Below, piece by piece: positions 46,870-60,204 of a DNA stretch of 60,204 bases (the first letter of the stretch is position 1; every line of letters starts with the position of its first letter). Origin of the DNA: Macrostomum lignano (lineage: Eukaryota); contig NIVC01001825.1 in the NCBI GenBank assembly GCA_002269645.1, positions 1-60,204 on the forward strand. The letters run 5' to 3'. The position numbers were made by a program, and so were the translations under genes. The notes beneath the pieces were generated by a model. It saw nothing but the letters and a program-made list of their open reading frames with translations, made no database searches and had not been told where the DNA came from.

Positions 46870-48028
46870 TTGCTCTCCGTCTCAATTGGTGGGGGAATTC
46901 TCCGTCTCAATCGGTGGGGGAATTCTCCGTCTCAATCGGTGGGGGAATTCTCCGTCTCAATCGGTGGGGGAATTCTCCGTCTCAATCGGTGGGGGAATTC
47001 TACGTCTCAATCGGTGGGGGAATTCTCCGTCTCAATCGGTGGGGGAATTCTCCATCTCAATCGGTGGGGGAATTCTCCGTCTCAATCGGTGGGGAATTCT
47101 CCATCTCAATCGGTGGGGGAATTCTCAATGTCAATCGGTGGGGAATTCTCCATCTCAATCGGTGGGGAATTCTCCGTCTCAATCGGTGGGGGAATTCTCC
47201 GTCTCAATCGGTGGGGGAATTCTCCGTCTCAATCGGTGGGGAAATCTCCGTCTCAATCGGTGGGGGAATTCTCCGTCTCAATCGGTGGGGGAATTCTCCG
47301 TCTCAATCGGTGGGGGAATTCTCCGTATCAATCGGTGGGGGAATTCTCCGTCTCAATCGGTGGGGGAATTCTCCGTCTCAATCGGTGGGGGAATTCTCAA
47401 TCTCAATCGGTGGGGAATTCTCCGTCTCAATCGGTGGGGGAATTCTTCGTCTCAATCGGTCGGGAATGCTCCGTCTCAATCAGTGGGGAATTCTCCGTCT
47501 CAATCGGTGGGGGAATTCTCCGTCTCAATCGGTGGGGAATTCTCCATCTCAATCGGTGGGGAATTCTCCGTCTCAATCGGTGGGGGAATTCTTCGTCTCA
47601 ATCGGTGGGGAATGCTCCGTCTCAATCGGTGGGGAATTCTCCATCTCAATCGGTGGGGAATTCTCCGTCTCAATCGGTGGGGGAATTCTTCGTCTCAATC
47701 GGTGGGGGAATTCTCCGTCTCAATCGGTGGGGAATTCTCCGTCTCAATCGGTGGGGGAATTCTCCGTCTCAATTGGTGGGGGAATTCTCCGTCTCAATCG
47801 GTGGGGGAATTCTCCGTCTCAATCGGTGGGGGAATTCTTCGTCTCAATCGGTGGGGGAATTCTCCGTCTCAATCGGTGGGGGAATTCTCCGTCTCAATCG
47901 GTGGGGGAATTCTTCGTCTCAATCGGTGGGGAATGCTCCGTCTCAATCGGTGGGGGAATTCTCCGTCTCAATCGGTGGGGGAATTCTTCGTCTCAATCGG
48001 TGGGGAATGCTCCGTCTCAATCGGTGGG
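46870..48028. repeat. 26-28-bp minisatellite varying in G-run length
   Basis: Unit G(4-6)AATTCTCCGTCTCAATCGGT, with an EcoRI site in most units. Confidence 0.96.
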
Positions 48029-49725
48029 AATTTATTGTCTCATTTCAGGGGGAATTCTACATCCCTTTACATAGGGAATTTTGTCCATAATTCTGTTTCA
48101 TATTTTGGCAGAATTTATCTAAAAATGAGCAAGACCAGCAAACAAGGTGAATAACTTTATAATCGCATTTACAATAGACTAATAATGATATAGTAAGTAC
48201 ACGGGTATAAACTTTCCAGTGTTCTCAATTTTATTCCTTTATTTTTTCTTTTTATTTATAACCAAAATCGGCTCGACTGGTCATTGAAAAAGTCATTCCA
48301 TTTTGAGAATAGAATTAATTAATGTCAGGGTATACAGTTGTGAAAAAGCCTGTTTAAGATAAGCGATAATAACAATATTGTGTAACTATAATTCATGCTC
48401 AGTAAGCGATAATTGTTAGTCTCAGTGATCCACTGTTGGCGTCCAGCCATTCATAAAATTGAAATTCAAATTCACAAACAAAGAGTGGCATTAATCATAA
48501 CAAAAACTGTCAATTTGACTCCGGTTAAGGAGGCCAATATTCTGGTTATTAAGATAATGTTGTTACCATTAGTAATTCCGACATTATAACACAATGCATG
48601 CTTTAATAATAGTTATTAAACTTCACCATTATAAGTGTGCAGTGCAAATTATGATTATTATGACTATTATTATAAAATTAAAAAATCGCTTCCAAGTCAA
48701 ATAGTATAACAAATAAATTAAATTCGAGAGCGCACAGTTGTATAAACTAAAGCAGACAGGCAAATCAACACTTAGATTTAGCGAAATTAAACAAATTCAA
48801 ATCAATGAAGAGTCTTTGTGCGAAAAACTCCTATAGAAAAGTTTTAACCTCTCTAAAGCCACTTTGAAGTTATATATAAATCATAGTATTATTATTTGAG
48901 TCTGAGATGATTGGTAATTGCAGTTAAATTATCACTACTTTATTCGATTCAATATAACAATAAATATTAATCATATTATTAATAACTCGAACAAAAGTGC
49001 TCACATATAAAGATCAAAGATATTGTGAATTATAATATAATATATCTAGATATCAACTCTGCCAAGAGGCTCCATCATATAAACAACAAATAACTGTGCA
49101 AGTGCGCCAGAAAAAACTTCTGATTTTTAAATAAAAAACTCTTAAATAATGTCGTTTGTTATAATAATATTAATAATAATATTAAAACAATTTTTTTCGG
49201 TTTGATGCACACTATTTCATGTCAAAAAAATCTTGAATTGATAAAACACTTCTTTCATTATTAATAAGAGACACAAGCAACAAATGGAAACGAAGCAATG
49301 ACTAGCTTATAAGTAGAAATATATAAAACACGTGACACAATATTCCAGATATAATAAGAATTATTGCACAGGTAAGAAGCTGTACTTGCCGTTTACTAAG
49401 ACAGACAGGTAGCGCAGCTGATGAGGCTATTATTGCAATTATTATTGCTCTATAAGTGTACTATATGATAGATAAGTGTATAAAGCATAACAATAACAAT
49501 AGCTTACAATAAGAATAAAATAGAACACTAGCATTTCTAATCTCAGGTGCTTGACAACAATTAGCAACAACAGAGATTTGAGTAGGAGAGGGTCGAGAGG
49601 GAGGCCGATTGGGGATAGGGGGTAGGGCAGCTCTCTGTTCCAGATTCATTCAGTCATGCCAACAACAGGTAGAGATAGAACTGCCAGTTACATTATTAAT
49701 AATAATTTTTATTGCACTCTAGCAT

Positions 49726-56282
<6,557 letters not shown>

Positions 56283-56800
56283 CGCTGCGAGTTCGCGTTA
56301 TACCAACTGGTCTAGCACTGGTAGTGGATCAAAGAAACAATTACAGAGAAATTAATTAATCGAAGACAGGATTTGCTTCGAATAATGCTGGAAAAAACAC
56401 GGAAAAATTGTTTATATAAAAATACTTGCAATCAACTCTGCATGGTATTGAAAAACCAGTTAGTTATTCAACAATTTTTGAACGTTTTTTTCTCTCTCTC
56501 TCAAACTATAAATTAGCCTATATAGAGTTTCCAAATAGATAGCTAGCTTAGTCTCAGTTCCTTTCGCGAGAGGCTCTTATTTAAAGAACAGACACACACA
56601 GAGAGGGACAGAGAGAACTGTAGAGAAAGAGGGGAAAGCAGAATAGGGAAGCAGTTGAATTGCTGGTGTACACACGGGGAAGAGAGAGGGAGAGAGAAAA
56701 AAGAAGATACAACAGATCCTTGGGGGATGGGATACAGATGGAGAGGAGAGGAGGGATGGGGCGGGGGCACAACTGAACGCACGCAGACGACCGCCGCTCG

Positions 56801-56806
<6 letters not shown>

Positions 56807-56886
<80 letters not shown>
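56807..56886. repeat. (CT)n dinucleotide microsatellite
   Basis: ~40 CT units upstream of Gbeta. Confidence 0.98.
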
Positions 56887-56890
<4 letters not shown>

Positions 56891-57639
56891 CCTCTCAAAT
56901 GCTCGCTCGGGTCGAAAACCCAGCCAGCCGAGTTCAAGATCTAAGAGAGAGAGAGAACAGGAAAAGAAGACGGAGATGAAGAGAGAGAGAGAGAGAGATA
57001 AGACGCACAGGACAGGGAGCACCGGAAGACAGACGTGGGGCGTGTCGGAGACGCCACAACCCCCTCCATCCATCCTAGCCATCAGTTCAGACCTCAGGCC
57101 TTCAGGCCTCGCCAACTACAGCAAGGCATTACAGGGCGGGGCGCAGTGTGCGGCAGAGAGGCTGGGTGGAGGATGGAGAGAAGCATTTCAAGCAAGAAAG
57201 AGGCAGCAACGGCGGCGGCGGCGGCAGTAGCAGTTGAGGGGGCAAGAAAGGAACATGCAAAAATAAGACGCATGGCATGGCATGAAAGAATGGCTCCGGT
57301 TGCTGCTGGAGCAGATGCGCAGTGGCAGCCCCACCCATGCAGGACAGGGGGGGGGGGGGGCTTACCCCGCCCAAAACCTGGGCAATTGCCGGTCAAATTA
57401 TCGTTTCATTAAATCCCAGAAATTTCAATTTTCATTTGCGCTTTCAGCGTGGAGGACAGCCGTTTGTCGGCCCAATCTAACACTAACTTCATCCTATTCC
57501 GGAGTGCGTTAACAAGGGCTTAGCTAACTATTACCAATGAGATTGAAGATTTTGGGATAGCGAACTCTTTGGACCTGTGAAGGTTTGAGATTCTGAAGTT
57601 GTTGATTGCGAATGTTGAGAATTGTGAATAAATGGGACC

Positions 57640-58670
57640 GTAAGTGCAGGGGATCACGAATGTAGGGGATCGCAAACATAGAGGATCGTGAATTCTAGCG
57701 ATCATGAATTTAAGGGATTGTGCATTCAAAAAGATTGTGAATTCAGACAATCGTGAATGAAGACAATCGTGAATGCAGGGGATCGTGAATCTAGGGGATT
57801 TTGAATGTGGGGGATCGTGAATGTAGAAAATTCTGAATGTAGGGGATCGTGAATGCTGACAACTGTGACTGTAGGGATCGTGAATGTAGAAAATTGTGAA
57901 TGCAGGGGATCGTGAATGTGGGGTATCGTGAATGTAGGGGATCGTGAATGTTGGGGATTTTGAATGTAAGGGATTCTGATCTGAATGTAGGGGATCGTGA
58001 ATGTAGACAATTGTGAATGTAGACAATTGTGAATGTAGACAATTGTGAATGTAGACAATTGTGAATGTAGGGGATCGTGAATGTAGACAATTGTGAATGC
58101 AGGGGATCGTGAATGCAGGGGATTGCGAATGCGTGGTATCCTCAATGTAGGGGATTGTGAATGTAGACAATTGTGAATGCAGGGGATCGTGAATGCAGGG
58201 GATTGCGAATGCGTGGTATCCTCAATGTAGGGGATCGTGAATGTAGACAATTGTGAATGCAGGGGATCGTGAATGCAGGGGATTGCGAATGCGGGGTATC
58301 GTAAATGTAGGGAATCGTGAATGTAGGGGATCGTGAATGTAGACAATCGTGAATGTAGACAATCGTGAATGTAGACAATCGTGAATGTAGGGGATCGTGA
58401 ATGTGAACAATTCTGAATGTAGACAATTGTAAATGCAGAGGATCGTGAATGCAAGGGATTGCGAATGCAGGGTATCGTAAATGTAGGGAATCGTGAATGT
58501 AGGGGATCGTGAATGTAGACAATCGTGAATGTAGGGGATCGTGAATGTAAACAATTCTAAATGTAGACAATTGTGAATGTAGGGAATTGTGAATTCAGAA
58601 GATCGTGAATGCAGGGGATCGTGAATGTAGAGAATTGTGAATTCAGATGATCGTGAATGCAGGGGATTGT
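57640..58670. repeat. 16-bp minisatellite with two main variants
   Basis: GTGAATG(T/C)AGGGGATC and GTGAATGTAGACAAT(T/C). Confidence 0.93.
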
Positions 58671-60204
58671 TGATGGATTAAAGCATGGTGCGACTCCACC
58701 CAGTTGCTACCCCAAATAAGGGCGGTGGCCACTGCCTCTTTCTTCTTTCACCCCTTCCTCTCCCTCACTGAAGTGGCGACTTGCAACAAAACAGGATGAA
58801 AACTGAAATGCATTTTTTCACAAAAAACCTGACGAATTGATTTTTTCTATCTTCTATCTTCTTCTATCTATACTCAACATTTTACCATCCCTGTGTAAGC
58901 AATGTAATCAATTACCATTATCAATGTCAAGTATACATATTTGAAAATATGTAGCCTACTTAGCTAATAATCTGTAATTGATCAGTAATATATTGGGTGT
59001 TATTTATTTTGACTGACTGATTCTGTACCCAGATAGTATATCATTCAATTACATATCTGAGTTTTTTAATTAAAAAGACAGGTGCCCTATCGGCACAAAA
59101 CTGAAAAGGTCAAAGTGTTATTTTTCTAAGTCAATTTACTAATATGCATAAATATAAATTTATATATTATTAATTTTAAGTATAGGTGGAAGTTAAAGTT
59201 TAAAGTATGTATACAGAGATTTAACATTATAAACTTTACAAAGCTATAAAGCTATAAAGCCAATCTAAGCCAATATTACAATAATAAATGACCTTTTTGG
59301 TTAATAATTTTGTTGATTATTTATCTTTCTTACTAAATATAGCAGAAAACAATACTCATAAACATTTGTTTAAATGCCTTATTATGCACTTGAAAATTAG
59401 AAAGCATTAAATTTATGCTTAAAAATGAACTCTTTCAATTTTTTGCCACTTAATACTAAACTCTTTTATATGATTCTATGAAGTGCATAATAATAAATAT
59501 GCACACCATTTTTAGGAGTCATCCATACTAACTGTACAGTCTGTACAGGCTTCAAAGCCAATGCATACCCAATTTTTTAGGCATATACTAATGATCTAAG
59601 TATAGAGATTAGGTTATAATTTTTACTTGATAAGTAGGCCTATCTCAGCTGCAGATATTACTAGGCATATTGACGATAAATGAATCCCTAGACAATTGTG
59701 CTCCCAGTAGTTATAATCCTAGGATATAGGCCTAATCAAAATCTTAGGATTCTAGAGGGAACTTTTACTTCATAGATAGTCATTTTGGTATCATCTATTT
59801 TGGTAATAGGTTACTTTGGTGACAAAGTGTATAGAGTGCTGGGATTTGTTTAAAGTTTTTATTTGTTTTTTTAAAGTTATTATTAAATAATTAATTAATT
59901 TTTTATTATTGTTCATTGTCATTCTTTGAAATACTACTTTGTCATAATAGGCCTATTATAAAAATTATGAAATTTTTATAATTCAATGTTGCTAAGCAAC
60001 TAATTTCAAAACATATGCTTTTGTCTATATTCTCTAAATGAGTCAATAGTAAAATACTTGTTTTAGATTGTACACTCGCCCTATCACCTACACCCTAATC
60101 ATGTATATGATTTATTGATGCTTAGTGCTCTACTTGATTAAAAGTAAATATTTATATTGCCATAAACAGCATTAAAACAAATATAAAAGTTTTAGCTCTC
60201 TTTA

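Noticed and set aside
46870-48028. 430-445-aa ORFs and NF-kB-like GGGGAATTCTCC sites
   Set aside because: The ORFs are repeat translations with frame-hopping G-runs. The site is an imperfect kB match with no independent support.
56543-57512. RERERE / SLSLSL and GC-rich ORFs upstream of G-beta
   Set aside because: Derived from (CT)n and GC-rich promoter/5' UTR-like sequence; no coding signature.
58700-60204. AT-rich terminal region
   Set aside because: No exon, repeat or element could be supported.

Overview
Eukaryotic (invertebrate animal) genomic DNA with spliceosomal introns, GC-rich exons and an unusually high load of mini/microsatellites. The style resembles free-living flatworms such as Macrostomum; this is an inference, not an identification. 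Six protein-coding genes can be reconstructed exon by exon with phase-compatible splice sites: (1) a Pitx K50 homeobox gene (+, 1287-9003); (2) a single-exon neuropeptide precursor (-, 17226-17585) predicted to release pQFYPLRamide and GGIFHPLRamide; (3) a calumenin/reticulocalbin (CREC) EF-hand protein ending REDL (+, 21049-23705); (4) an APPL-family BAR-PH-PTB endosomal adaptor (+, 26382-39124) with a candidate 9/33-nt microexon; (5) an orphan mucin-like type I membrane protein (+, 42639-44438); (6) a 340-aa G-protein beta subunit (-, 49726-56282). About 30 distinct tandem arrays, most with units unrelated to each other, fill introns and intergenic DNA; all six G-beta introns carry their own. 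Most long ORFs in the supplied track are translations of these arrays and are not genes. The window also holds a hAT-type MITE with an 8-bp TSD, a foldback element, a 133-bp duplicated splice acceptor and three weaker candidate hidden genes. The most interesting item is the FxPxRamide (natalisin/tachykinin-like) neuropeptide precursor. No rRNA, tRNA or CRISPR feature is supported.
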